Shown here: positions 23,903 through 37,750 of the stretch, one piece after another
How positions within the stretch are numbered: position 1 is the first letter of the stretch
Layout of the letters: each line of letters begins with the position of its first letter
Assembly (NCBI RefSeq): GCF_018350175.1
Contig: NC_058368.1
Coordinates: forward strand, 147,562,001-147,626,000
Origin: Felis catus
Lineage: Eukaryota
Direction: 5' to 3'
Length of the DNA: 64,000 nt
Notes under the pieces: generated by a model
The model's input: the letters and a program-made list of their open reading frames with translations, nothing else
The model's database searches: none
What the model was told of the DNA's origin: nothing
Program-made: the position numbers and the translations under genes

Positions 23903-26026
23903 AGAAGACTGACCATTTACTAGCAGTATATTCTTAGGCAAAATAATTAAATATCCAAGCCTCAGTATTCCTATCTCTAAAATGAGAATTAAAAGACCTA
24001 CTCAAACAGTTGTTATAAAGACTAAATGATAAAAAATAAGCAAAATGCATATAGTAAGGTATTAAAAAAGATAATTACCATTATAATTGTGCCTCATCAT
24101 TGCTACATATGTCATTTTTTCTACTATCTGGTTGAGTAGAAAGATGAAAGATGAACTATAGTGGGAGAAGGAGAAGGGGAAGCGAATCTGAAATTGAGTT
24201 CATCATTATTGCACACTAGTTATTTAACCCCCCTCAAACATTTACATGAAATTATAATGAACTTCCAGTTTCCAGGTCTATATGCAAGGATCTTGGAAGT
24301 TGCCACTTCATCTTAACAAGTAAAAAGCTGAAGAAACTGAAAAAATCAACTCCTCTTTAAGTGAAGGAAGAGAAGGACTAGAAGGAAGAGAAGAGCAAAA
24401 AGAAGGGATGGGGGGGGGATACAGGGCAAAATACTGGCCCCCAAGACTGAAGAGAAAAACAGGTGAATGTAAGCAGTTACAGCTTATCAGAGCAGAGACT
24501 CACTAGCAGAAACAGTCGTAGGAACCAATGTCTGGGGAAGAAAGCTGAACTAAAATTACTGATTTGCTGGAGACTCAATCTGGACACTGAGAATTAAAAA
24601 ATCCAGGGGTCCCGAAGATAAAGAAACTTGCCAAAATATTTTGAGGTTTACCTCAACCTGGTTGAGCTCAACCCGGTTCTCACAGTAAATATTGGAGAAA
24701 ACTCCCTTCCTGCTTCCCGTGGGGGTGGGGGTGTGCTGGAAAAGGAAACATTTGAAGTACCCCAGAGCACTCTGTTCTTCTAAACAAAGCTTGCCCTCAG
24801 GAAAACTAGTTTAAACGTTTTTGCTAACCTTATCAGAATCAAAATAATTTTGGGGATGGGAAATATCCAACTCCAGCCCACTTGTGTTTATGCTTGTGCT
24901 TATATATACGTGCTTATATGGAAGTGAAATATAGATAGATGACAGATATATAGACAGGGATATATTTATGCTTATATAAGCTTATATATAAATGAAATGA
25001 ATGGCAGCTATGATATAAAAAATGAGAGGGAATAATCAGCATTTATTTATTATAAATTATTTAAATTACATGTGAAGTGTTACAGTGCTATTTGAAAGCA
25101 GAATTAGAGTAGCTATTAAGTATGTATTGCCAACTCTAGAGGAAGTGCTAAGTAAAAAAAAAAAGATGTATAACAGACATGGTAGGATAGGAGAGAAAAT
25201 GGAATATAAAATGCTCAATTAAACCACAAGACTGAAAAAGAGTGGAAGACAAAGATAAAGAACAAGGTCAACAGCAACAACAAAATAACACACATGGTAC
25301 ATATTAATTCAACTATACCAAGAATGTGAATGGTCAATGTGCATAAATTAAAAGACAGAGATGTCAGAGTGGATCAAAAACAATACCCAATCCTATGTTG
25401 TCTGCAAGAAACCCATTTTAATGCAAAGACACATACAGATTAAAATAAAAAATGAATAGACAAAAAATACCATACTAACACTAATCAAAAATACACAGTA
25501 GTTATATTAATTTCAGACAGAACAAGGAAGGATATCAGAAATAAGAGGATATGACTAATGACAGAGGGTTCAATTCTCCAAAAAGTCATAACATGTGTGA
25601 GCCTAACAATAGAGGATCAAATTCTGTGAAGCAAAATCTTTTAGAACTACAAAGAAAACTAGATATCCACTATCATAGCTGAAGACGTCAACACTCTTAT
25701 ATTAGAAATGGACAGATGCAACAGACAGAAAGGAAGAACGTATTTGAACCAAACAGCATCATAAATTAACTGGATGTAACTGACGTCCATAGACTACTTC
25801 ATCCAAAAGAGCAGAATAAACATTCTTTTTTAAGCTCAGATGGAATATTCACTAAGCCCACATAGTAGGCTATAAAATGTACTTTAACAAAGTGAAAAGA
25901 ATAGAAATCATGCAATGTCTGCCCTGAGGCCATAATGAAATTGTACTAAAATCAACAGAAAGATAACTGGAAAATCTCCAGACTCATGGAGATTAAACAA
26001 TACACCTCTAGTCAACACATGGATCA

Positions 26027-26229
26027 GGGCACCTGGGTGGCTCAGTCGATTAAGCATCTGACTACTGAGTTTGGCTCAGGTCATGATCTCACAGTATATG
26101 AGATAGAGCCTTGTGTCAGGCTCTGCACTGACAGCACAGAGCTTGCTTGGGATTCTCTCTCTCCCTCTCTCTGCCCTTTCCCTGATCATACTCTCTATCT
26201 CTCTCAAAATAAATAAACATTTTAAAAAA
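26027..26229 (+). mobile_element. CAN-SINE nested in L1
   Basis: TSD aacacatggatca / agcacacggatca. Confidence 0.95.
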
Positions 26230-28922
26230 AGCACACGGATCAAATTAGAAATCTCAATAATTTTTTTTAAAATATTTTGAGTTAAATGAAAATAAAAACA
26301 TAAAAAAAATTGGATGCTATGAAGGCTGTGCTTAGAAGAAAATTTATAGCATTTAACGCATATATCAGAAAAGAATAAACCTGAAAATGATAAGCTATGT
26401 TTCCACCTTATGAAACTAGAAAAAAAATTTAAATCCATAACAAGCAGAGAAAAATAAAAAAGAGAGCAGAAATCAGTGAAATTGAAAATAAGAATTCAAT
26501 AGAGAAAATTAACAAAACCAAAAGTTAGTTCTTTTAAAAGTCAATAAAATCAATATCTAACCAGGCTAGCAAAAAAAAGAGGACAAAATTACTAACATCA
26601 GAAATCAGAGATGGGACATTGCTACCTATCTCATGGAAATTAAAAGGATAATAAAGGAACACTACTACCAACTGCATAGCCAAAAATTAATAATCTAGAT
26701 GAAATGGGTCAATTTAAAAAAAAAATAATTTGCCAAATGCATACGAGAAAAAATAATTGGCCTTTATTTATTAATGAAATGTAATCAATGGTTATAACCT
26801 TATACAACAGAAAACACTAGGTCTAGATGAGTTCACTGGTGAATTCTACCAAATTTTAAGGAAGAAATGATACCAGTTCTCTATGATCACTTTTAAAGAT
26901 GTACACAGAAGGAGTATCTCCTAATTCCTTCTATGAGGCCAGAATTACCCTGACACCAAAACCAGGAAAAGACACCACAGGAAGAGAAAAGTACAGATCT
27001 TTCATTCACATAGATACAAAAATCCTCGACAAAATATTCGCAAGTCAAATCCAAAAATGTATAATAAGAATTAAGCACCATGACCAAGCGAAATTCATAC
27101 CAGGTATGCAAGCCTGGTATAACATTGAAAAATCTTTTAACACAATCCATCAACAAACTAAAAAGAAAAGTCTCATGATCACATAAATAAATGTAAAAAA
27201 GTATTTGACAAAATGCAACATCCATTCATAATAAAAACTCTCAGTAATCCAAGAGTAGAGAGAAAGTTTCTCAACTTGATAAAGAATAGCTAACAAATAC
27301 CTACAGCTAACACCAGAGTTCTAACTTTCCCATTAGATCAGGTACAAAACAAAAAATGACTCCCTCAACACTTCTTTTCAACATCATACCTGAGAGTTCT
27401 TGCTAATGCAGTAAGGCAAACAAAACAAAACAAAACAAACAAACAAACAAAAAAACCCACCCAAGACAGAAATGACACTTCTTTACAGATAACATGGTCA
27501 TCTACACAAAAATCCGAAAGAATTGACAAAAAAAACCCCACATGCAACTACTAAGCAATTAGAGCGAGATTGCAGGATACAAGGGACACAGGGTTAATAA
27601 ACAAAAGTCAATGACTTTCCTATATACCAGCAATGAAGAGGCCGAATTTGAAATTAAAAATATAACACCACTTACATCAATGACTCCCCAAATGAAATAG
27701 TTATGTTTACATGTAGCAAATCATGTACAAAATCTCTATGCAGAAAACTACAAAACTCCAATAAATGAAATTTAAAAAGGAAAACAATCGAGAAAGATTT
27801 CATGTTTACAGATAGGAAAGCTCAATATTGGCAAGATACCAGTTCTTTCCAACTTGATATGTAGATTCAAGCAATCCCAATTAAAAGTCCAGAAAGTCAT
27901 TTTATGGATATTGACAAACTAATTCTAAAGTTTACTGGACAGGCAAAAGACCCAAAATAGCCAACACAATGTTGAAGGGAAAGCACAAAGTCAGAGGACT
28001 GACAATAACTGACTTCAACACTTACTATTAAGGTACAGCAATCAAGATGGTGTGGTATTGGTGAAGGAGTAGACAAGTAGATTAATGAAACAGAATAGAG
28101 ACCCCGGAAATAGACTCCAATAAACATAGGCAACTGATCTTTGATAAAGGAGCAAAGACAACACTGTGGAACCAAGATGGTCTTTTCCACAAACAGTGCT
28201 GGAACAAATGGATGTCCACATCCAAAAAGTAAATCTAGACACAGACCCTTACATCCTTCACAAAAAGTAACTCTAAAAGGACCACAAACCAAATGTCAAA
28301 TTCAGAAAAACAAAACCAAAACCCTAGAGAGTACCATAGGAGAAACCCTACATGACGTTGGATATGGCCATGACTTTCATAAATATAACATATATAAAAT
28401 ATAACATCAAACACATAATTCATAAAAGAAATAATAGATAATCTAGGCTTTATTAAAATTAAAAAGTTCTTCTGTGCAAGACATTTTTAATAGAATGAGA
28501 ACACTGTCACGGACTTTGAAAAAAAGCACAAAAAACCTATTATAAGCTTATTCAAAATATACAAAGAACTTTTAAAATTCAACAATAAGAAAACAACCTG
28601 ATTTAAAAATGGGCAAAAACTGGAACAGATACCCCAGCAATAAAAGATGTACAATTGGCAAATAAGCATGTAAAATGGTGCTCCACATCATATGTTATTA
28701 AGGCATTGCAAATTAAAAGAAGATACCACTACATACCTATTAGAGTGGCCAAATTCTGGAATACTGACATCACTAAATGCTGGTAAGTATGTGAAGCAAT
28801 AAGAACTCTTATTCATTATTGAGAGGCTGCAATTGGAGAAGGGCATCTTGATGATTTCTTACAAAAAAAGTATACACTTAACATGAATCCAACAATTTCA
28901 CTCCTTGACCCAAAGAGAAGTA

Positions 28923-29206
28923 CCCAGTCATGTAAAGATAAGGACAAAGTAGTCCAGACAATGGAATAGCAAAGGAAAGCCTTCTGCAATAAGAATGAAC
29001 AGAGGGAGACTGTTGTGACCTGAATGAATGAAGCAGTTCCTAGGACATAGCCAGGGCCACACTCCCTTATGGTTGAAGGTTCCTTATTCAACAGGACCCA
29101 CCTTCTGTACTCAGAGGTACCACATATCTTTATCACATCTTTTTCAAGGGTCAGAGCTGCTTCTCATTCATTGAAATAGACCCCATAAATTAAAAAAAAA
29201 AAAAAA
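28923..29206 (+). other. Poly(A)-tailed non-L1 insert within the L1 (retroposed sequence of unknown origin)
   Basis: Interrupts L1 between ctccttgacccaaa and ttgaaaacctatgtc; A15 tail at 29192-29206; degenerate TSD ending agta/ggta. Confidence 0.65.
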
Positions 29207-30343
29207 CGAAAAAAGGTATTGAAAACCTATGTCTGCAAAAAACTGTGCACTCAGATATTTAAAGCAGCTTTACTTATAAGTTGTCAAAACTTGTAAGCAA
29301 CCAAGATGTCCTTGAGTAGGTAAGTGGATAGTGTGTTACATCCAGACAATGGAATATTATTCAGCACCACAAAAAATTGAATCAAGCCATGAAAAGACAT
29401 AGAGAAAACTTGAACTCACATTAGTAAGTGAAAGAAGCTAATTCGAAAATGTTACCATATGATTCCAACAATATGACATTCTGGAAAAGGCAAAACTACG
29501 GACACAATAAAAAGATTAGTAGTTGCTAGTGACTGGGAGTGGACGGAGGGATGCGTAGTCAGGGCACAAAGGATTTTACAGCAATGAAAATACTCTGCAT
29601 AAAATTATAAGGATGGAAACATATCATTACACATTTTTCCAAACTTACAGAATGTACAAAACAAAGAGTGAATCCTAATGTCAATTATGAACTCTGAGTA
29701 ATTATGATGTGTCAATGCAGAAACTTCATTTGTCATTACTGTAGCACTCTGGTGGGGGGCGGGTATTGATAATCGGAGAGTCTCTGCATGTGTGGGAGGA
29801 GAGAGGATATAGGATATATCTGTACCTTACCTTCAATTTTCTTGTGAACATTAACTTTATTTTTAAGAAATACAGTCTTACTAAAGAAAAATAATAATCA
29901 AGGAAACTATAATACATGGTATGTGTCCTTACAAAATTTGTGATCTAATTATAGTAATATATTGTAAGCCATGAGAAGTTAAATAACAAATGTAAGATGT
30001 GATTCATGGTATTACATGCTGAGTGAGTCAAGAAAGAGCGATGAATTAAGAACAAGAAAATCTCTGAATGACCTGGAGTTTCCCAGGAAAAATGAAATGC
30101 TTGAGATATGAGACTCAAGTTGATACTTGACAGATAGTTTGGTTATAGGGAGAGGAGAATGACAAACACCAGCATTCATACCTTTAGGTAGGGTCCCTGC
30201 CCTTCTTGTTCTGAGATAAATACAGCAGTTCGCTGCTCCTGAAAAGATTCTTGTGTTGCTTTTTCAAAGGACTGGTGTGTGATTGTTACATAGTGTGGAC
30301 AATCTTTATAATATTATAGTACTGGGTTTGAAAATGAATTTGA

Positions 30344-30568
30344 TAGGCCACCTGGGTGGCTCAGTCGGTTAAGCGTTGGACTTCAGCCCAGGCCATGATC
30401 TCACGGTTAATGAATTCAAGCTCCACATTGGGCTCTGTGCTGACAGCTCAGAGCCTGGAGCCTGCTTGATTTCTGTATCTCCCTCTCTCCCTGCCCCTCC
30501 CCTGCTATCGCTCTGTCTCTCCCTCTCTCAAAACTAAATAAACATTAAAAAAACAACAACAACTCTTA
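30344..30568 (+). mobile_element. CAN-SINE
   Basis: TSD gaaaatgaatttga (30330-30343 and 30569-30582). Confidence 0.95.
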
Positions 30569-30592
30569 GAAAATGAATTTGAAAAACAATTT

Positions 30593-30788
30593 TTTTTAGA
30601 ATGTTTATTTTTGAGACAGAGAAAGCATGAGCAGGGGAGGTGGGCATGGCGGGGGGTGGGGGGAGAGAATCTGATGCTGACTCTGTTCTGAGAGAAGAGA
30701 GTCTGATCTAGACCTTGAACTCAGGATCCATGAGATCATGACCTGAGTTGAAGTCTGATGCTTAACCAACTGAGCCACCCAGGCACCC
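30593..30788 (-). mobile_element. CAN-SINE
   Basis: TSD tgaaaaacaattt (30580-30592 and 30789-30801). Confidence 0.93.
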
Positions 30789-30886
30789 TGAAAAACAATT
30801 TATTGATTTCATGAGAAAATGCTATTCTAAAGGAAATTTTATATTAAGTAAAACTTGTCTACTCCTGCCTCATTTAAAATGAAAGG

Positions 30887-32113
30887 GTAGACCCCTTTCT
30901 TACACCATTCACAAAAATAAACTCGAAATGGATAAAGGACCTGAATGTGAGACAGGAAACCATCAAAACCCTAGAGGAAAAAGCAGGAAAAGACCTCTCC
31001 GACCTCAGCCGCAGCAATTTCTTACTTGACACATCCCCAAAGACAAGAGAATTAAAAGCAAAATGAACTATTGGGACTTCATGAAGATAGAAAGCTTCTG
31101 TACAGCAAAGGAAACAATCAATAAAACTAAAAGGTAACCAACGGAATGGGAAAAGATATTTGCAAATGACATATTGGGACAAAGGACTAGTATCCAAAAT
31201 CTATAAAGAGCTCACCAAACTCCACACCCAAAAACAAATAATCCAGTGAAGAAATGGGCAGAAAACATGAATAGACACTTCTCTAAAGAAGACATCCAGA
31301 TGGCCAACAGGCACATGAAAAGATGCTCAATGTTGCTCCTCATCAGGGAAATACAAATCAAAACCACACTCAGATATCACCTCACGCCAGTCAGAGTGGC
31401 CAAAATGAACAAATCAGAAGACTATAGATGCTGGCGAGGATGTGGAGAAACGGGAACCCTCTTGCACTCTTGGTGGGAATGCAAATTCCCACCGCTCTGG
31501 AAAACAGGGTGGAGGTTCCTCAAAAAATTAAGAATAGACCTACTCTATGACCCAGCATAGCACTGCTAGGAATTTACCCAAGGGATACAGGAGTACTGAT
31601 GCATAGGGCCACTTGTACCCCAATGTTTATAGCAGCACTCTCAACAATAGCCAAATTATGGAAAGAGCCTAAATGTCCATCAACTGGTGAATGGATAAAG
31701 AAATTGTGGTTTATATGCACAATGGAGTACTACGTGGCAATAGGAAAGAATGAAATACGGCCCTTTGTAGCAACGTGGATGGAACTGGAGAGTGTTATGC
31801 TAAGTGAAATAAGCCATACAGAGAAAGACAGATACCATATGGTTTCACTCTTATGTGGATCCTGAGAAACTTAACAGAAACCCATAGGGGAGGGGAAGGA
31901 AAAAAAAAAAGGTTAGAGTGGGAGAGAGCCAAAGCATAAGAGACTCTTAAAAATTGAGAACAAACTGAGGGTTGATGGGGGGTGGGAGGGAGGAGAGGGT
32001 AGGTGAAGAGGGCATCTTTTTGGATGAGCACTGGGTGTTGTATGGAAACCAACTCGACAATAAATTTCATATATTAAAAAAATAAAGTTTATTATTAAAA
32101 ATTTTAAAAAATT
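30887..32113 (+). mobile_element. Young 5'-truncated felid L1 (L1_Fc-like)
   Basis: ORF2 C-terminus [27 protein letters not shown]...[18 protein letters not shown] with stops and frameshifts; G-rich 3' UTR; TSD aaatgaaagg (30877-30886 and 32114-32123). Confidence 0.96.
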
Positions 32114-32783
32114 AAATGAAAGGCATGTCATTGGTTCAATGTAAATATCATAATATTATAGTCTTGTGAATTTAAAAACGTTAAATGAATAAAGGAGATT
32201 TAAAAATTAAGTAAAAAAAATCTGTAATAAATTCTGGGTACCTTGAGGATAATACCTAGTTTTACTTATTGATGCTTATATGAAACCTAGCATATAGAAG
32301 ACACTCAAAAATCTTTTTCTATCTTGATTTTAAAATAATTCTAATTTAAGTCTAAATCTCACATTAAACGGTTTTTTCACATTTTTGATAAGGGTCCTTA
32401 AATAACCAAGTCATGGCCATTATACTGTATATATATTTTTTTGCAAACCTGCACATAAATATACATACATACACATTTAGATCTTAAGGTCTGCATGTAT
32501 GCAGATTCTAAAATGTACTCAAAGATAATTATTACATAATATGTATATTTAAGAGTTGGTGATTTATGCACAGAATTTTGAATACAGTAACTTTTATGCA
32601 TATAAATTTATAGACCAGCATATTTTGATTATGGAATGGGGATTCATCCCCTGTTGAACTTAATTATCTGAATGATACATTTTTCTCATATATATTATTT
32701 CATCTCCCCATATTTCCAAGTTTTTTTAGCTATTTCTTTAAATAATCAAGCAAGTGATGCTTTTTTAAAAAATGACAGGCCAT

Positions 32784-33003
32784 GGGGCGCCTGGGTGGCG
32801 CAGTCGGTTAAGCGTCCGACTTCAGCCAGGTCACGATCTCACGGTCCGTGAGTTCGAGCCCCGCGTCGGGCTCTGGGCTGATGGCTCAGAGCCTGGAGCC
32901 TGTTTCCGATTCTGTGTCTCCCTCTCTCTCTGCCCCTCCCCCGTTCAGGCTCTGTCTCTCTCTGTCCCAAAAATAAATAAACGTTGAAAAAAAAAATTAA
33001 AAA
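32784..33003 (+). mobile_element. Young SINEC_Fc-type SINE
   Basis: Many intact CpGs; perfect TSD aaaaaatgacaggcca (32767-32782 and 33004-33019). Confidence 0.97.
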
Positions 33004-33279
33004 AAAAAATGACAGGCCAATTCACTAACAACTTGTTCAACTTAAAACTTAGAGATTATTAAATTTCTGAGACTCATTCTGCATTAATACTCATACTGAT
33101 TTTGAAAGCTTTTTAGTATATTGAGCTTGATATAAAATTAATATAAATCACTACTCAATGTTATTTAAAAGTTCCTAAGCCTATCTGTTGAGTAGCAGAC
33201 ATTTCTATAAATTGCTCAGGTATCAATAAGACCCACATCTGAGCTACAAAGACTGATGTATGTGATATAAGGGCCATGT

Positions 33280-34415
33280 TCCATTCACTTATCTGCTGAA
33301 GCAGTCATGCTCAGTCTTCTAGTTCCTTTTAATGCCTTTCACACTTGGTGATTTCCACATCAAGAGTGATGCACCATCTCTAAAATCTCTCACTGACATA
33401 TTCTACTTTCTGAGCACATTACTGCATCCATTCAGTTAATGTGCTAAAGAAAGCCCTTTCCCTGAGTTAGAATTCTACAACATTTTGAGAATACCAACCT
33501 ATGAATCCTATTGCTTCTGTCAATTACTTCCTTCCTTTGTTGCCCTCCTCACCACACCTGTATTTCATGATTCCTAATAATCATATTCTTGCAAACACAT
33601 TCTCCCTATCTTCTTCATGCTTGGACCCACTAACTGAATAGTTCTGATAAAAGCAAAAAAGTTCAATCCAAATAAATAAGTAAAACCCCACACATGAGGA
33701 GTTTGGTTTCACTGTAAATGTGTGGTCACCTTCTACGTGTTTCTTTCCATCTTCTCCTCTCCCACTGCCACCAACTTCTTTCTCCTGATCTCTTCCTTTA
33801 TACTAGTCTTCAACCTTAGCTATTGCTCTCCCTACTGCCTAATCTTTGACCCACTTTCATTGTGATCTTTGTGAAATGCAAATCACTTACCACCACTCCT
33901 GAGCTTCAAAACCTGTAATGGCCTTCAGTGGTCCGTAAGCACTACCCTAAAATCCCTTAAGGAAGTTTAAAACTTGACACCACAGAGCCTGTTTATCTGC
34001 TTCTGCTTCTTCTCTTAGGCTGTTTTCCTCTTCAGTACTCTTACTCCACAATTTTATTTCACTTCCTCAAAGATTCCAAGCTCTTTCTCACCTCATCTTA
34101 GGTCTTCTTTCATTCCTGTAGCTAGGTTGCTGGAAAGCCCCTTCTCATATTCAGGGAGACCTTCCCTCTTCTCCAGATCTAAGGTAGATTCACCATTATT
34201 AACTCTCAGAGGACCTTGTTCTTCTATCAGTTTTCACCATGGGTAACTGCACTTTTATATTTTTCTTTGCTGACTCTTCAATTCTTACAGTAGACTCTAT
34301 GTTTCAGGCAGCAGAAAACATCATTGGATGCCTTTTGCAAAGTACAGTATGTGGAACACAGAGACTGCTCAATAAGTATTGGTTAAATGGATAAATAGAT
34401 GAACGGATGAATAAA
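33280..34415 (+). mobile_element. L2 remnant(s) including the 3' end
   Basis: Ends ctgctcaataagtattggttaaatggataaatagatgaacggatgaataa. Confidence 0.7.
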
Positions 34416-35009
34416 GTGTGCTATTACTTGGCAAATACAGTAACTTGGGAACATTATACTCTAAATACCAGTACCTAACTAAAGAATCCATTAGAATTTT
34501 TTTAAATCACCAATGGATTGACATGTTTTTTCTGAAAATATTCTCTCAATAGGTAATTTGCTCCTAATACAATGAGGTGTACCTTCATTTCTCCCACACA
34601 GATGTAATTGTGTAATTACTGATTTTTGTATTTTTAATAGCCAGCAAGAAGTGAATACATCATACGATTCTAATTAAACCTTATTATACACAGGTGGAAA
34701 CAGGGCCACAGAATTTAAAGGAATCTCCAAATGCCACTACCTAGTACATGGCAGAAATGCTACCAGAATCTATATGTAAATCTTACATCTTCCTTTTCAT
34801 AAACTGTAATAAAAAATCTTCCAAAAGTTGTTTAGGTTTTACCTAACTACTTATTAAAACTATCATGAGAGAGAGTTTTAATAAGCTAAGTTACTGAGTA
34901 TTTTAGTTCATACAGTGTAACAATAATTAAATACTTTCCAGCTCAATGGAACCCAGTGTCACTCTGCTGTAGTTGGTTTCCACTGAGCCTGAGGCATCCG
35001 TCCACATTA

Positions 35010-35515
35010 TAGTTGTTTCCCCTGATCTATGGGGGGTACATTACAAGGACCCCAGTGGATGCCTTACACTGCATACTATACCCAATCCTAATATATTCTG
35101 TCCTTTCCCTACACATACACATCTGTAATAAAGTTTAATTTATAAATTAGTCACAGTAAGATATTAACAATAGCTAATAATAAAAGAGAACAATTATAAC
35201 AGACTAGAAATAACATGTAACACAAATCTAACAAACATAACAATATAAAAACAAAATAATAAAAGTAATGTGAATGTGGTCTCTCTCTCTCAAAATAACA
35301 TACTGCCTTGTACTCACCCTTTTTCTTATGATGATGATGATGATGATGATGCAGGATGATAAAATGCCCATGGGATGAGATGAAGGGAGGTGAATGACAT
35401 AGGCATGATGACGGAGGGTGATGATATGTCAGGAGGAGAGCCATCAGCTTCTGATAACCAGATGACCCTAACTGAATTCACTGAAGGTGAAATTGTAGCG
35501 GTGGGGGGACTACTG
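35010..35515. mobile_element. Tigger2-type non-autonomous DNA transposon with internal (GAT)n
   Basis: TIR-like ends tagttgtttcccc and ggggggactactg flanked by TA; ataaagtttaatttataaattag Tigger motif. Confidence 0.85.
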
Positions 35516-35856
35516 TATTTCTTTCTCTTCCTTATGTTCCTGGTAGAGGTTTTCCTATATGAAAGATACTTGCTTACTAACATGCACACTGATATTTAAG
35601 GCCCATTGAGCCTAATTCAGCTATCACTCTAAACTTATTAAATTGTATTTAGTTCTTGGTTGAGAGATGAAGATAAGATCAGATCTGTCAATTTAACTGT
35701 TTCTCTAAGACTTCCAGAAAGGAATTTACAGAGGAATTAGGAGACAGGCAGCTTTCATATTGAATCTCTGTCCATCCAGAGTAAAAACAATAGGCAGAAT
35801 TTGTTGTAATTACATTCCTTTCTAAAATGAATTAAACTATATAAAAATAAAAATTA

Positions 35857-35914
35857 CATATATATGTATATATGTGTGTGTGTGTATATATATATATGTA
35901 TGTATATATATATA

Positions 35915-35968
<54 letters not shown>
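35857..35968. repeat. Compound (TA)n/(TG)n microsatellite
   Basis: Read directly. Confidence 0.95.
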
Positions 35969-35971
<3 letters not shown>

Positions 35972-36629
35972 CCCTCAGCTTAATACTTGTCAATATGCTT
36001 GGAGAGTAAATTGTATTCAGCTTCTTTCCTTATCACCACTCTTTCCCAATTCTCTCCTGTCCTTGTCTCATTGTTTCTTCTTCCTATGGCTCATCTTTTA
36101 GTTAACTCAAAAATATTGAGACTTCAACAAAATAACTGTCAGAGAAATGTTTCCAACTAGGCAGGTTCATTCAATTAAAATAAAGTGAGCTCTATTTCAT
36201 TGGAATAGGTAATGTTCTAGAGTTCCAAGGCAGAGATAATTGCATCCACAGGTCTTACTGTTTTTATTTATGGTTTTATTAAATTGTATTGCTTATTACC
36301 ATGTACAAGTCTATAACCCACACTCATTCTGCTTTCTTTTTGTATTTCTTTGTTCCTAAAGAATAATATGCCTCTACATCTATTTCTAACCTCTCATTCA
36401 TAGGTTGTTTTATGTTTTTCCCCTTTAGTTTGTATTGTGATTCTTTCCACTTTGTAGAACCTTTATGTAGAGATCCCTGAGAGCATTAGCGACAGCTATT
36501 CATAGCTTGTCTCTGAATTTTAAAAAGGTACAAACACAGTTCTCACTACAATAAGCCTGGCTCAGTTCATCTACATGCCCATCACATTGCAAATCTCTTG
36601 ATCTACAAGTGGTATGAATCTCAAAATTG

Positions 36630-36790
36630 AAAAGCATTGTTACCTTGGGCAAATCAAACCTTTAAACTTCAATTTCTTTAGGGATAACAATACTGTCCCT
36701 ATGCAATCCATAAATTATTATAAGGCTCAAATTACATATTCATTGGAAAGCAATTTGTAACAGATAAATATAATAAAACAAGCTATCATT
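36630..36790 (+). mobile_element. MIR fragment
   Basis: accttgggcaaatcaaacctttaaacttcaatttc core. Confidence 0.6.
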
Positions 36791-37531
36791 AGGTCATTTT
36801 TCACTAAATCACATGCAGAAAGTAGGAGTACACACAGGGGGCTGTTCACCAATGAGAAACCTCCAAAATGTTTTAGAGGTTTTGCAGTCTTCCTCAGCTT
36901 CTCTTCTACTCAAGGAAATGTCAGTACAGAACTCACAGAAGTAAGCATGTACTTCAATTTTTAACTTGCCACTTTAAGTAAAAGATAGCGGGTTTTTTTT
37001 TCAAAGTCAGATTTTCACAAATGCAAAACTTTAGCAGGTACATTAAAGATATTGTATTTTAATTTTCTCAGATCAAATTTAATCTCCATATTTTAAACCT
37101 TTGTACTGTCCTTTAAGGTTTTTTTATGAATTTAGCATTAATATCTGTTTGATGGCTTTAATATTGTTAGGGTCACAATAATCTCATCCATTTGCTCAAG
37201 CACTGGAACTTACATGTTATCTTATATAAATTATTCTGTTAAGTTGCTTAAAAACATTTTTTTTACATTAAGGTGTGGCTATTTTAATTCTTATATAATT
37301 CATTAGAATTAGTTAAGTTTCTAAGTTTCTTTCAAATGGTTATGTTTGAAGCTTCATTTTAAATATTCGTTTTGATTTTTCAAATATATTGGGGATGAAA
37401 GTACATGTTTTTTGGGGGAACAAGCCCTTTAAGGCACTAAGTTTTAGCTAACAAATCAGTTTGGTTATTGGCTTCACAGAGTTCTAACCTAACATCCTAA
37501 AATCAATTGAATTCAAAAGATACTTATTCCT

Positions 37532-37750
37532 GGGACACCTGGGTCATTCATTTGGTTAAGGTGCTGACTCTTGATTTCAACTCAGATCATGATCTCACAG
37601 TTTGTGCAATCGAGCTGGGCACTGGGCTCGGGGCTGACAGCAAGGAGTCTGCTTGAGGTTCTCTCTTTCCCTCTCCCTCTGTGCCTCCCCCACTCACATG
37701 AATGCTCTCTCTTTCTCTCTCTCTCAAAATAAATAAATAGACATTAAAAG
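37532..37750 (+). mobile_element. CAN-SINE, older copy
   Basis: TSD agatacttattcc / agatgcttattcc. Confidence 0.93.

Larger units (their letters stand above)
24259..29902 (+). mobile_element. Old L1 (L1MC1/2-like) with 5' UTR, degraded ORF2 and 3' UTR; ORF1 largely missing
   Basis: ORF2 peptide PNSFYEARITLTPKPGKDT; L1MC-type 3' UTR; candidate TSD gaaattataat (24248-24258) and gaaactataat (29903-29913). Confidence 0.88.

Noticed and set aside
26899..27186. Reverse-transcriptase-like ORF
   Set aside because: Fragment of degraded L1 ORF2; no retron, DGR or other novel RT system context
31246..31865. Two ORFs including a Cys-rich motif
   Set aside because: Frameshifted L1 ORF2 C-terminus of a 5'-truncated copy
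32784..32870. tRNA-like A/B box sequence
   Set aside because: SINE head derived from tRNA, not a tRNA gene
35151..35599. Poly-His and poly-Ser ORFs
   Set aside because: (GAT)n microsatellite inside a Tigger2-type element
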